From a virus (taxonomy: Duplodnaviria; Caudoviricetes): DNA of 62,751 nt. The stretch lies in the IMG/VR virus record IMGVR_UViG_3300018469_000176, positions 1 to 62,751 of that record, one strand, 5' to 3'. This document shows positions 9,185 through 17,725 of the stretch, piece by piece (position 1 is the stretch's first letter; the number at the start of each line of letters is the position of its first letter). A program made the position numbers and the translations under genes. The notes under the pieces are model-generated. The model saw only the letters and a program-made list of their open reading frames with translations, searched no databases and was not told where the DNA came from.

Positions 9185-9702
9185 GTGAGGGCACCTCGTA
9201 GCGGGTCAGGGACTCCGCAGTCGTTCACGGCAGCGAACAGACCGTGCCGGCAGGCATCGGCGGCGTGCGGCAAGCCGGTGAGGTGGCCGAGCAGGCCGGC
9301 GGCGCGCAAGCGCGCGTTCGTGGCCCAGGGCTTGACGTCGGCGGCCGAGCGCAAGACCACCCGGGCCCCGGCCGTGGCGCCGACGTGGCGCAGCTCCTCC
9401 ACCAGCTCGCGGGTGGTTCTTCCGGCAGCGGCGTGCTGGGAGCGTGCCGCACGCTGACCCACCACAAACCGCTCGATCGCCAGAACAGTTGCATGTACCG
9501 TACATCCATTTTGGCTGGATCGCCGCGAGTCCGGAGCCAAAATCAGGGACGGGGACAACAGGCCGCGTGTCAGCCCACCCACGGACGTGGCGGTGGTCTG
9601 GAGCACGAGCGACCGGACGAGCACGTGATTCTCGAACAGCAGGGCGCACAGCCCGGTGGTCTTCCCCGGGTCCGCGCCGACGACCAGCAGCCGGGCGCTC
9701 AT
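9181..9702 (-). CDS. RuvC-like Holliday junction resolvase
   Basis: VVGADPGKTTG, LAIERF, HAADA. Confidence 0.75.
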   Translation of the reverse strand: MSARLLVVGADPGKTTGLCALLFENHVLVRSLVLQTTATSVGGLTRGLLSPSLILAPDSRRSSQNGCTVHATVLAIERFVVGQRAARSQHAAAGRTTRELVEELRHVGATAGARVVLRSAADVKPWATNARLRAAGLLGHLTGLPHAADACRHGLFAAVNDCGVPDPLRGALT

Positions 9703-9929
9703 GGCCGCCGCTTCTTCCGACGTTTGATCTCCCGGTCCAGGTACCACCGGGCCTTCTGCAGGTCTTGGATCGGGTTGTCCTTGAGGTCGACCCGCCACAG
9801 GTACTTGATCACGGTGGCGAGGTTGTGCCACATGTGCTCGATGACGTCGATGCACTCGATGCGTCGGCCGCACTTACACCGCGCCGGGCTGGAGGTGTAG
9901 TGCGCCGGGTGGTTCACCAGGTCGCCCAT
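9699..9929 (-). CDS. DUF3310-type protein (putative nucleotide kinase)
   Basis: DLVNHPAHY, ECIDVI, KYLWR, DLQKARWYL. Confidence 0.8.
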   Translation of the reverse strand: MGDLVNHPAHYTSSPARCKCGRRIECIDVIEHMWHNLATVIKYLWRVDLKDNPIQDLQKARWYLDREIKRRKKRRP

Positions 9930-11722
9930 CAGCTCACCGCCTCCAGCTCGGCCGCTATCGCGCGGGTGCTGGTCGTGCCGCCGAGGAGCTGGCGCACGAT
10001 CCGGGGGTCCTTGACCAGGTCGGCGAGCTGGCCGGCGTTGGCCCGGAGCACCGAGCGGATCGCGGTGTCCACAGTGTTCTTGGCGACGATGTCGATGATC
10101 TCGATGCTGTCGTGGACCTCGGAGCCGATGCGGTGCGCGCGGTCCTCGGACTGGCTGGACTCGATCAGGGACCAGGGCCGCTGCAGGAACACCACGGTGC
10201 TCGCCGCGGTCAGCGTGATGCCCTCCCCGCCGGCGCCGGTCGTCGCGCAGATCAGGTCCAGCTCGCCGGCCTGGAACGCGGCCACGGTCTCGCGCCGCGT
10301 GCGCATGGTCTGCTCGCCCACCACGTAGCCGACCTTGCGACCGGCCGCGGTGGCGGCCTCACCGGCGAGCATCATCAGCTGCCGGCTCGGGGCGAACGCC
10401 AGCACCGACTGGTCAGGGCGCTCGTCGAGCACGTCGAGCAGGGCGTCGACCTTCCAGCTGGGGTTCTTGAGGATGATGTGGCGGTGATCCTTCTCGTACT
10501 CCAGGCCGGAGTCATCGACGTGCACCTGGGTGGTGATCTCCATGTCGCAGTCGGCCGAGGCCATCGCGATGAGCACCCCGACCCGGGCGCGCACGTCCAT
10601 CACCGACAGCTCGGCGCCGGTGGGCATGTCCGCGAGCATGGTGTCGCACATCTGCTCGTACGCGTCGCGGTAGTCCGGCGGGAGCTCCACCGACCGGACG
10701 CTGTAGACCTTGGGGGGCAGCTGGGCGAGCACGTCGGCCTTGGCGACCCGGCGGTGCTGGCCCAGGATCGTGGTGCGGAACTCGAAGTCCCGGCGCGGGT
10801 CCAGGCCGAGCACCGAGGAGTCGTAGTCCCCGGGCAGGGACTGGCAGTAGCGGTTGACCCAGCGTTCCTTGCTCGGCCAGGCCCCCGGCGCGAACGCGTG
10901 CAGGGCGGGCCACAGGTCCGCGGGGTGCTTGGCGATCGGGGTGCCGGACAGGGCCACGAAGTTGTCCGCGTTCGCGGCGATCCGGCGGGCCGCGTGGGAC
11001 TGGGCGGCGTGCGCGTTCTTCATCCGGTGCACCTCGTCGGCCACCACCGTGACCGGGCCGAGGCGGACCAGCGGGCCCTTCGGCTTGGGCGCGGCCGGGG
11101 CGTCCCGACGGGCGGTCTGGTAGCTGGTCACGTAGACGTCCGCGGTGCCGATCCGCCGCGCTCGACGGTCCGGGGTCCCGGTCCAGGCCACGGTGTTCCA
11201 GTGCGGGGCCCAGGCGGTGAAGTGCTCGACCCAGGAGTCCACGACGCTGGCCGGGCAGATCACCACGATCGGCAGCACCGAGTGCCCGGCGTGCGCGCGC
11301 TCGACCAGGCCGAGGATGGCGGTGACGGTCTTCCCGGTGCCCTGCTCGTCGAAGATCAGGAACCGGCCGGTGGCGGCGATCTCCAGCGCGCCCTCGACCT
11401 GGTAGGAGCGCGGGACCAGCCCGGCCGGCGGGGTCACGGCCAGCTCGGCGGGGCGTTGGGTGCGGGCCTTGACCTGTTCGTAGAGCCACTCGGTCAGCGC
11501 GGGCCCGGGTTTCCACCAGGCGCCGAAGGTCTGCGAGAGCTGCGCGACCGCGGTCCAGGTGGCCGGCACCCAGAGCCCGCCGGGCGGGTCGGTCTTGGAG
11601 AACAGCGGGGTGAGCAGCTGGAGCTGCTGGTTGGCCAGCGCGCACTCGTGATCCCACCCGGCGGCCATCAGGATGATGCGCTCGCAGTCGTGGGTGATCT
11701 CGCCGACGATCGTGGCGGGCAC
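9929..11722 (-). CDS. SNF2-like SF2 helicase
   Basis: DEQGTGKT, ADEVH, LSGTP, GGEGITLT, QSEDRAHRIG. Confidence 0.9.
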   Translation of the reverse strand: MPATIVGEITHDCERIILMAAGWDHECALANQQLQLLTPLFSKTDPPGGLWVPATWTAVAQLSQTFGAWWKPGPALTEWLYEQVKARTQRPAELAVTPPAGLVPRSYQVEGALEIAATGRFLIFDEQGTGKTVTAILGLVERAHAGHSVLPIVVICPASVVDSWVEHFTAWAPHWNTVAWTGTPDRRARRIGTADVYVTSYQTARRDAPAAPKPKGPLVRLGPVTVVADEVHRMKNAHAAQSHAARRIAANADNFVALSGTPIAKHPADLWPALHAFAPGAWPSKERWVNRYCQSLPGDYDSSVLGLDPRRDFEFRTTILGQHRRVAKADVLAQLPPKVYSVRSVELPPDYRDAYEQMCDTMLADMPTGAELSVMDVRARVGVLIAMASADCDMEITTQVHVDDSGLEYEKDHRHIILKNPSWKVDALLDVLDERPDQSVLAFAPSRQLMMLAGEAATAAGRKVGYVVGEQTMRTRRETVAAFQAGELDLICATTGAGGEGITLTAASTVVFLQRPWSLIESSQSEDRAHRIGSEVHDSIEIIDIVAKNTVDTAIRSVLRANAGQLADLVKDPRIVRQLLGGTTSTRAIAAELEAVS

Positions 11723-11749
11723 GCGGGATCCCTCCTGCCGAAGATGGGG

Positions 11750-11788
11750 GACCGCCGGCCCGGGGGATCGGCTCCCGGACCGGCGGTC
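11750..11788. terminator. GC-rich hairpin between SSB-like gene and helicase
   Basis: GACCGCCGG...CCGGCGGTC with inner CCGGG/CCCGG stem. Confidence 0.5.
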
Positions 11789-11795
11789 GTATTCG

Positions 11796-12749
11796 TCAGG
11801 CCGCTGGTTGGCCCGTCATCTTGGCCAGCAGTGCCTTCTGCTCCGGGCTCAGGTCAGCCGGGGGCTCCGGTGCGGGCGGCGGCGGAGGTGGCTGCTGCTG
11901 CATCACCGACTGGGGCTGGGGCTGCTGCATGACCGGCTGGGGTTGCTGGACCGGCGGCGGCGGTGCCTGCTGCGGGATCGGAGCAGGTGCCGGAGCAGGT
12001 GCCGGAGCAGGTGCCGGAGCAGGTGCAGGTGCCGGAGCGGGCGCAGGGGCCGCTGCGACCGGCGCGGGTGCCTGCTGCACAGGGGCCTGGCCCTCGGGCA
12101 GGAAGTACTGGCACTGGTACGTCGCGGCCTTGGCGTCCACGTTCGGGATCTGCCGCCGGGCGACCAGCGTCACGATGATCCCGCAGTTGGCCTTGGGCGC
12201 TCCCGGTTCGGCGCCGGCGGCACCCATCGCGCGGGTGAGCTCGTCGCGCATCTGCCCGGCCACGTACAGCTGCGCGCGACCGTCCGGATAGGCCTCGCTG
12301 GTCGGCACGTACACCGGGACCTTCATCAGCCACTTTGTGCGGCCGTCCCGGTAGGTGGAAATCTGCATGCCGTTGGTGTTGGGCACGGTCTGCGCTTCGA
12401 CGTCGCTTTCCACCACGTCGCGGGCGACCACCATGGAGTACTGGTGGCCGATCGGGGCGCCCTTGAACGACAGGGCCGGGCCGAACCCGACGGTGGGCTG
12501 GCCGAAGAAGTCCTCGAACGTGCCCTGGGGTAGCGGCTGCCGCATTGGCTGCTGCTGCTGCTGCTGAACGTAGCCCTGCGGCTGCTGGTAGCCCTGCGGC
12601 TGAGCGTACTGCTGGGCGTACTGCTGGGCGTACTGCGGCGCCGGCTGCTGCTGATAGGTGACCTGCCCGTTCGGGATCTGACCCTGGGGGAATTGCCCCT
12701 GCTGGTCCGGAGCCGTCGGGAACTGCGCTGGGTACTGCGGCTGTGTCAT
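11796..12749 (-). CDS. Putative ssDNA-binding protein with Q-rich and PA-repeat tails
   Basis: Beta-rich core between exonuclease and helicase genes; low-complexity termini. Confidence 0.5.
   Translation of the reverse strand: MTQPQYPAQFPTAPDQQGQFPQGQIPNGQVTYQQQPAPQYAQQYAQQYAQPQGYQQPQGYVQQQQQQPMRQPLPQGTFEDFFGQPTVGFGPALSFKGAPIGHQYSMVVARDVVESDVEAQTVPNTNGMQISTYRDGRTKWLMKVPVYVPTSEAYPDGRAQLYVAGQMRDELTRAMGAAGAEPGAPKANCGIIVTLVARRQIPNVDAKAATYQCQYFLPEGQAPVQQAPAPVAAAPAPAPAPAPAPAPAPAPAPAPAPIPQQAPPPPVQQPQPVMQQPQPQSVMQQQPPPPPPAPEPPADLSPEQKALLAKMTGQPAA
11980..12027. repeat. 12-bp tandem repeat (coding, Pro-Ala)
   Basis: GGAGCAGGTGCC x4, last copy imperfect. Confidence 0.8.
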
Positions 12750-12770
12750 GGCTGGATTCCTATTCTCTGT

Positions 12771-13580
12771 TCACTGGATCTTGCCGGCGTGCCCGGGGCA
12801 TCCGGGTCCACCGTCTCGTGCGGATTGCGGCCGATAGAACGGGCAGAAATAGCACTCCTCGGAGTCGGGATTCATCGGCACATCGGTGAGCTGGGCCTGC
12901 CCGGTGATCAGGGCGATGGCCCACTGCTTGCGGTAGTCGGTCTGCGCGAACACCTCGGCGAGCAGGTCGTCGTCGGCCGGGGTGTGCTCGCGCTCCCACA
13001 CGTAGAGCCCGTCGATCGAGCTGGCGGCGGCCGGGTAGGCCAGCAGCACCACCCGGCGCACGGGCAGGCCGAGCAGCCGGTAGCCCCGCGCGTAGAGCAG
13101 CAGCTGCACGACGTACCCACGACCGGGGCCGGCGGTGCTGCGGACCTTGGCCATCGAGGTCTCGCCGAGGAACTTGTGGTCGTCGACGGACTGCTCCACG
13201 GCGTCGTAGAGATCCGCGGTGCCGGGGTGGTCCGGGTGCGGGGTGACCCGCTGCTCGGCGACCCAGCGCAGCTGCCCGGAGCGGACGTTGTCAGCCAGGA
13301 AGGCCTCGGCCGCCCAGGCGTGCAGCGCGGTGCCCCGGATCGACGGCCAGGGGTCCACGACGTGGTTGGTGCGGGGGAGCAGGGCCATCTTCCCGGCGAC
13401 CTGGCGGTGGCAGATCGCGCCGAGTTCCGAGGGGCCGAGGTGATCCTGTAGGGAGCGGGGAGCTTGCGCGGCGTGGTCGAGGAACACCCGCTTGATCTCA
13501 TGGGCGTACCGGCTGGCCCACAGCGTGTTGCCGTTGAGCCGAGCCGGTGCGGCGCTCATGAACTCGTCGATCTTGCTCAC
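12771..13580 (-). CDS. Cas4-like / PD-(D/E)XK exonuclease
   Basis: GPSELGAICHR, GTALH, GTADLYD, DDHK, QLLLYA, CYFCPF...C. Confidence 0.85.
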   Translation of the reverse strand: MSKIDEFMSAAPARLNGNTLWASRYAHEIKRVFLDHAAQAPRSLQDHLGPSELGAICHRQVAGKMALLPRTNHVVDPWPSIRGTALHAWAAEAFLADNVRSGQLRWVAEQRVTPHPDHPGTADLYDAVEQSVDDHKFLGETSMAKVRSTAGPGRGYVVQLLLYARGYRLLGLPVRRVVLLAYPAAASSIDGLYVWEREHTPADDDLLAEVFAQTDYRKQWAIALITGQAQLTDVPMNPDSEECYFCPFYRPQSARDGGPGCPGHAGKIQ

Positions 13581-13912
13581 TCGGTGACTGCCTCCAACCG
13601 CCAGCTCGACGACTGGGTGGCGTAGCGGACCCAGGTCTCGGGGAGGTCGCGCTTGAGCTGCTTCGAGTCGAGCCGCCACGCCGTGGTGTGCAACAGCTGC
13701 AGGGGCGTGGCCAGGAACTGGCTGTGCAGCAGGATCCGGTCGGCGTGGGGCTGCTCCGAGATCATCTCGATCTTGAGCGCGTCCGTGACCGCTTTCAGCT
13801 CCGCGGTGTACTGCACGACCAGCGGCTTGAGCCGGTCGTACTCCGCACACAGCTGCTCGAAGCGGGTCTCGGGACGGGGACGCACGACCGGCGCCGGGGT
13901 GGTGTCCGTCAT
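13577..13912 (-). CDS. Hypothetical protein, first gene of replication operon
   Basis: 111 aa, helical N-terminus, stop overlaps exonuclease start. Confidence 0.7.
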   Translation of the reverse strand: MTDTTPAPVVRPRPETRFEQLCAEYDRLKPLVVQYTAELKAVTDALKIEMISEQPHADRILLHSQFLATPLQLLHTTAWRLDSKQLKRDLPETWVRYATQSSSWRLEAVTE

Positions 13913-14062
13913 GAGCGCAACCCGGAGGCGGGGGCTTGTGGATGACCGTACGATTGGCCACCGGCACCGCGGGGTACCAGCGAGCTGGACATGTAGGCAA
14001 CCTCTCGCGAACGGATGTCCGGGGTTATGGCCCCCGGGCGTCCTGGGTGAATGAGGAGGAAG

Positions 14063-14122
14063 GCACGAGGTGGGCGGGCCGATGGCAGCTGGGGAGCTGG
14101 GCCCGGCCCGCCCGCCTCGTGT
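14063..14122 (-). terminator. Long hairpin downstream of 14122-14427 gene
   Basis: GCACGAGGTGGGCGGGCCG / CGGCCCGCCCGCCTCGTGT. Confidence 0.55.
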
Positions 14123-14427
14123 TACGTGCGGTTCAAGTTGGCCAGGTGCCGCTCCTCCTCGGTCTCATGCTCGTCGACCCAGTCACAGAACCGGATCATG
14201 TTCTCGGCGATAGCGCGCAGCTCGCGGGTGTCGTGACCACCGCGTCGCGTCCAGGGCACCCAGAGCGTGACCGCCGCCGAGTCGTCATCCCCGGGCTGGT
14301 GCATCAGCTCCGGCTCGGTCGGCAGCCGCAGCCCGTAGAAGTTGTCGCCGGTGTCGGCGGTCTTGGTCAGCCACACCGCTCGGGTGGCCATGAACTGGAT
14401 CTCGTGGTGGTAGACGTTGATCCTCAT
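14122..14427 (-). CDS. Hypothetical protein
   Basis: 101 aa, purine-rich RBS. Confidence 0.7.
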   Translation of the reverse strand: MRINVYHHEIQFMATRAVWLTKTADTGDNFYGLRLPTEPELMHQPGDDDSAAVTLWVPWTRRGGHDTRELRAIAENMIRFCDWVDEHETEEERHLANLNRT

Positions 14428-14516
14428 GCTGTCTTCCTTCCTGACCCGGTATGCTCGGGTCGCCCTGCTGTGTGGGTCGCACCCCGGGCGGGGTCACTCC
14501 CAATGGGTGGGTAGTG

Positions 14517-14765
14517 TCAAGCGCGCCGCACCAGTTCTCCTACTCGGACTGGTGCGGCTCGCGACGCTTTGTCAGCTGCCCAGCGCTCGGCGCGGGCCTG
14601 GCGGGCGTCCTCGGTGCACGGCTCACACTCGCAGCCGTGGTTGATCACGGTGTGCCGGTTGTGCCGCCGCGCGTTCACCGCGACCCACCGACCGTCGATC
14701 AGCACCCGGCGGGCCCGGCGGCGCGAGTACACCGAGCCCGGCAGTCGTCCTCCGGTCCAGCTCAC
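14517..14765 (-). CDS. Small Zn-binding protein
   Basis: HNRHTVINHGCECEPC; GTGA overlap. Confidence 0.6.
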   Translation of the reverse strand: MSWTGGRLPGSVYSRRRARRVLIDGRWVAVNARRHNRHTVINHGCECEPCTEDARQARAERWAADKASRAAPVRVGELVRRA

Positions 14766-15226
14766 GTCGTCACCCCCCAGGCGCTCCACGGGTTCAACGA
14801 GGCGTCGAGCACCGGGGTGCGCGGCGACCAGGTGGGCATCGGATAGACGTAGTGCGGCGCGACCGAGGTCACCCCATCGGCCACCGGCGGCGGTTCCGTT
14901 GCGTCGGCCGGGTGAATGAACAGCGCGGCCAGGACGACCAGCCCCGTGGTGACGGCGACCTCGACGAGCACGCCGGGCTCGCGACGGGTGCTGTGCCGGC
15001 CTCGCACCCGGGCGTACCGCTGGGCGGGCACGGCGGGCGGTGGCCACTGTCCGTGTCCGGCCTTCGAGCGGCGCCGCGACGGGGGTGCCTGGTGGGCAAC
15101 GCGATGGGCGGGACCAACACTGAGTTCCACCACTCGGGGTAGCGGATGTGTGCAGGTGGTGGCATCCACTCGACTGCCAGCGCGCGGCGGTAGCGTGGTC
15201 GACACGCCGCGCATATAGTCGGTCAT
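14762..15226 (-). CDS. Putative single-TM protein (start uncertain)
   Basis: RGRH followed by hydrophobic VLVEVAVTTGLVVLAALFI. Confidence 0.4.
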   Translation of the reverse strand: MTDYMRGVSTTLPPRAGSRVDATTCTHPLPRVVELSVGPAHRVAHQAPPSRRRSKAGHGQWPPPAVPAQRYARVRGRHSTRREPGVLVEVAVTTGLVVLAALFIHPADATEPPPVADGVTSVAPHYVYPMPTWSPRTPVLDASLNPWSAWGVTT

Positions 15227-15332
15227 GACACCGCACGCCTTTCAAGAGAACGCAAGTGGTGGGGCTGTGGAGTCGAAGGTGCAAGAAGGTGGGCCGTTCC
15301 TGGCGGGGGACGGCCTCCTTGCATGTGAGGGG

Positions 15333-15614
15333 TTACGCCGGCGCGGGCTCCCGGCCGAGCACGGGGTTATGGGGGGTGAGTGCTCGGCCGGGAGCCTCAG
15401 TCGGGGGGCTCTGGAGCTCCTCGACCGTCACGGTTCGGCCTAGCTTGTCGGTCAGTACACGAGCGGCTCGCTGCCGGTAGATGACCGAGGCCGGCGAGCG
15501 CCCCGATTCGACCCGACTGACGTGCTGTTGCGAGAAGTCGATCGCCCGAGCGAACTCGGAGATCCGCATCCCGGCTTCCTCACGGAGTGCCCGCAGTGGG
15601 CTGGTTTCGTGCAT
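15333..15614 (-). CDS. XRE/Cro-family HTH regulator
   Basis: LRALREEAGMRISEFARAIDFSQQHVSRVESG. Confidence 0.8.
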   Translation of the reverse strand: MHETSPLRALREEAGMRISEFARAIDFSQQHVSRVESGRSPASVIYRQRAARVLTDKLGRTVTVEELQSPPTEAPGRALTPHNPVLGREPAPA

Positions 15615-15627
15615 GGCGCCATGCAAG

Positions 15628-15655
15628 CACATGTTGTCCAACATCACCACATGTT
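15628..15655. promoter_or_regulatory. Putative operator at the strand switch
   Basis: CACATGTT twice, 20 bp apart; palindrome ATGTTG-TC-CAACAT. Confidence 0.45.
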
Positions 15656-15806
15656 CACTCGCTTGCGGCGCCCCTGTCACCGCGGGGACGCTACTCGTAC
15701 GTTCGGGTCCGCGGGACCGCCGGTCGGTGGGCGGCTTGCAGAACGCCCGTCGGTAGGGCATCCTCGGGCAGGATTGTCGCACCCACCCAGCACGAGGAGC
15801 CCACCC

Positions 15807-15980
15807 ATGAAGATCATCGACCTGACCGGAACCGAGTTCCACCGGCGACTGCGTAGTGCTGCGGCCGAGCTGACCGCGGACCCCGTCAAGCGAGACCAGC
15901 GCCGGCGCGCGCACGACCAGCAGTGGAGGCGCTGCGCGCACGGCAACAACCCGGCCGACTGCTGCGGGACGCCGCGATGA
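15807..15980 (+). CDS. Hypothetical protein
   Basis: GAGGAG RBS; CAHG...CC tail. Confidence 0.6.
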   Translation: MKIIDLTGTEFHRRLRSAAAELTADPVKRDQRRRAHDQQWRRCAHGNNPADCCGTPR

Positions 15981-16246
15981 AGGTCATCCCCCGCAGCCAC
16001 ACCCGGAAGATCCAGGCGATCAAGGACAAGAACCTGGTCTGCACGGTCTACAGCGAGAGCGACGACTTCAAGGGCCGCGAAGTCGATCCGAAATACGCAT
16101 GGGAGGCGCTGCGCCAGTACACCTTTGCCCGGCTGCGCGACTACGAGGACGGTAAGCGCTGGGTGGTCCGGGTGCACGGCAACCTGTGGTATGACCTGGC
16201 CGTTTGCCAGACGCCCGATGATCTGCCATCGTCGCCCGATGTGTGA
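15977..16246 (+). CDS. Hypothetical protein
   Basis: ATGA overlap, 89 aa. Confidence 0.65.
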   Translation: MKVIPRSHTRKIQAIKDKNLVCTVYSESDDFKGREVDPKYAWEALRQYTFARLRDYEDGKRWVVRVHGNLWYDLAVCQTPDDLPSSPDV

Positions 16247-16261
16247 ACCCGGACCCGTTGC

Positions 16262-16483
16262 GTGAGCGACGAGTTGATCCCCACCTCGGAGGTCGCCACC
16301 CGGCTCGGGCTCGCCCGCAGCGGGGTGTCCAAGGCCCTGCATCGGATGGGGATCACCGCGGCCAGCGCGCAGAGCGGCCGAGCCGGTGAAGACCTCTGGT
16401 CCTGGCCCGAGATCCAGCGTCGGTGGACCGACCCGCAGTACCGACCCGGCCGAGGCCACGTCCGTCAGGAGCCCACCCCGTGA
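16262..16483 (+). CDS. Small HTH DNA-binding protein
   Basis: IPTSEVATRLGLARSGVSKALHR. Confidence 0.7.
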   Translation: MSDELIPTSEVATRLGLARSGVSKALHRMGITAASAQSGRAGEDLWSWPEIQRRWTDPQYRPGRGHVRQEPTP

Positions 16484-16665
16484 AAGACGCACCCCTGATC
16501 GACAACCTGGAGGGCAACCTCTACGTCGACACGCTGCTCAACGTGCGCTCCATGGCCCTGCTCGCGGCCACCATCGGGTACGCCGGCAACAACATGCGCA
16601 TCGGCACGATCTTGACCGCCGCGGAGGAGTTCGAGAAGTGGCTGCTCCGTGAGGAGCCCACGTGA
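16480..16665 (+). CDS. Hypothetical protein
   Basis: AGGAG RBS, GTGA overlap. Confidence 0.6.
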   Translation: MKDAPLIDNLEGNLYVDTLLNVRSMALLAATIGYAGNNMRIGTILTAAEEFEKWLLREEPT

Positions 16666-17231
16666 GCCGGCACTGGCACGACGGGGTGAGCACGGCCCCG
16701 CCCGAGCCCGAGGGTCCGAGGCGACCGCGGCGGGTGGTCGTGGTCGTGGTGCTGGCCGTGGCGTCCGCGGCGGTGGCCGCCACCATCAGCGCGGTGTCGT
16801 TGACCCGGATCGCCGGCGACTCACTCGGCTTCCCGGACTTCCTGGAGTGGACCTTGACCGGGGCCGTCGACATCGGCGCGGCCACCGGCGCCGTGCTCTG
16901 GGTGACCGCGCGGGACCGTGACCGGCTGCGGGGGCGCTGGCTCAACATCTCCTGCTCCTCGGTGGCCGCGATCGGCGTCGGTCTCGACCACGCCAGCAAC
17001 GCCGCGCCCGGATGGGCCTGGGCCTGGGTGGCGTTCGCGATGGGCGCGTTCCTGCCGGCCCTGTCGACCTGTCTCATCCACGTGCTCGCCCACCTGGTCA
17101 CCGACAACGCGGCCCCGGCCGTGGACGTGACCACCAACGGGCACGTGCTCGACCCAGCGGCCGAGCGCAAGGCCGCCGATGCTGCTCGCAAGCGCAAGGC
17201 ACGCGCCGATCGCAAGGCTGCGGCGGCGTGA
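16662..17231 (+). CDS. Four-TM DUF2637/Spd-like membrane protein
   Basis: Four hydrophobic helices, W...G.VD and P.....H pattern; upstream of TraB-like gene. Confidence 0.6.
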   Translation: MSRHWHDGVSTAPPEPEGPRRPRRVVVVVVLAVASAAVAATISAVSLTRIAGDSLGFPDFLEWTLTGAVDIGAATGAVLWVTARDRDRLRGRWLNISCSSVAAIGVGLDHASNAAPGWAWAWVAFAMGAFLPALSTCLIHVLAHLVTDNAAPAVDVTTNGHVLDPAAERKAADAARKRKARADRKAAAA

Positions 17232-17255
17232 CCCGACAACCGAGGAGCGCACCTG

Positions 17256-17402
17256 ATGGAGAAATCCCGACGTCCCCGCCACTTCCTGTCCACCGATGAC
17301 CAGGAAGTGGCGTGGTGGGTGATCTGGCGCCGACGCACCTGGGCGGCCTGGGTAGCCCTGGCCAAGGGCAGCGGCCGACACCGCCGCCCGGAGGCTCAAT
17401 GA
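17256..17402 (+). CDS. Small hypothetical protein
   Basis: GAGGAG RBS; 48 aa ending GRHRRPEAQ; ATGA overlap; not in ORF track. Confidence 0.5.
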   Translation: MEKSRRPRHFLSTDDQEVAWWVIWRRRTWAAWVALAKGSGRHRRPEAQ

Positions 17403-17722
17403 GTGCACCCGACTTCCATCCCCAACGTGTGGATGATGCTGTGGACAGCTCCGTCGACGACCGACCCCTTCCCGCGCCGACCGATCAGGTGGTGCGTCCG
17501 CTGCGGGCGACCGCGGCGACCCCGCAGCGCATGGGGATGCGGGAGAACGCGGCGTGGATCCTCGCGCCCGTCGTCCTCGGCATCATCACCGGCACGACCA
17601 TGAACCTGGCCGGGGCGAATGCGCTCTACATCGCTGGCGCCCTGTTCCTGATCGCGGTGCTCACCCAGCTGACCTGGTCTCGGTTCCGGTACCTGCGGCG
17701 GATCCGGAAGGCGAAGAAGTAG
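17399..17722 (+). CDS. Two-TM membrane protein
   Basis: Two TM segments and basic C-terminus. Confidence 0.65.
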   Translation: MSAPDFHPQRVDDAVDSSVDDRPLPAPTDQVVRPLRATAATPQRMGMRENAAWILAPVVLGIITGTTMNLAGANALYIAGALFLIAVLTQLTWSRFRYLRRIRKAKK

Positions 17723-17725
17723 ATC

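Noticed and set aside
9470-9545. AT-richer patch within the resolvase gene
   Set aside because: Short, in frame, no repeats; too little evidence of a separate element
12771-13580. CRISPR-Cas locus suggested by Cas4-like gene
   Set aside because: No array or other cas genes; solo Cas4-like exonucleases are routine in phage recombination modules
17278-17311. 11-bp inverted repeat as TraB clt locus
   Set aside because: clt sites are arrays of direct 8-mers; this is a single hairpin inside a small ORF
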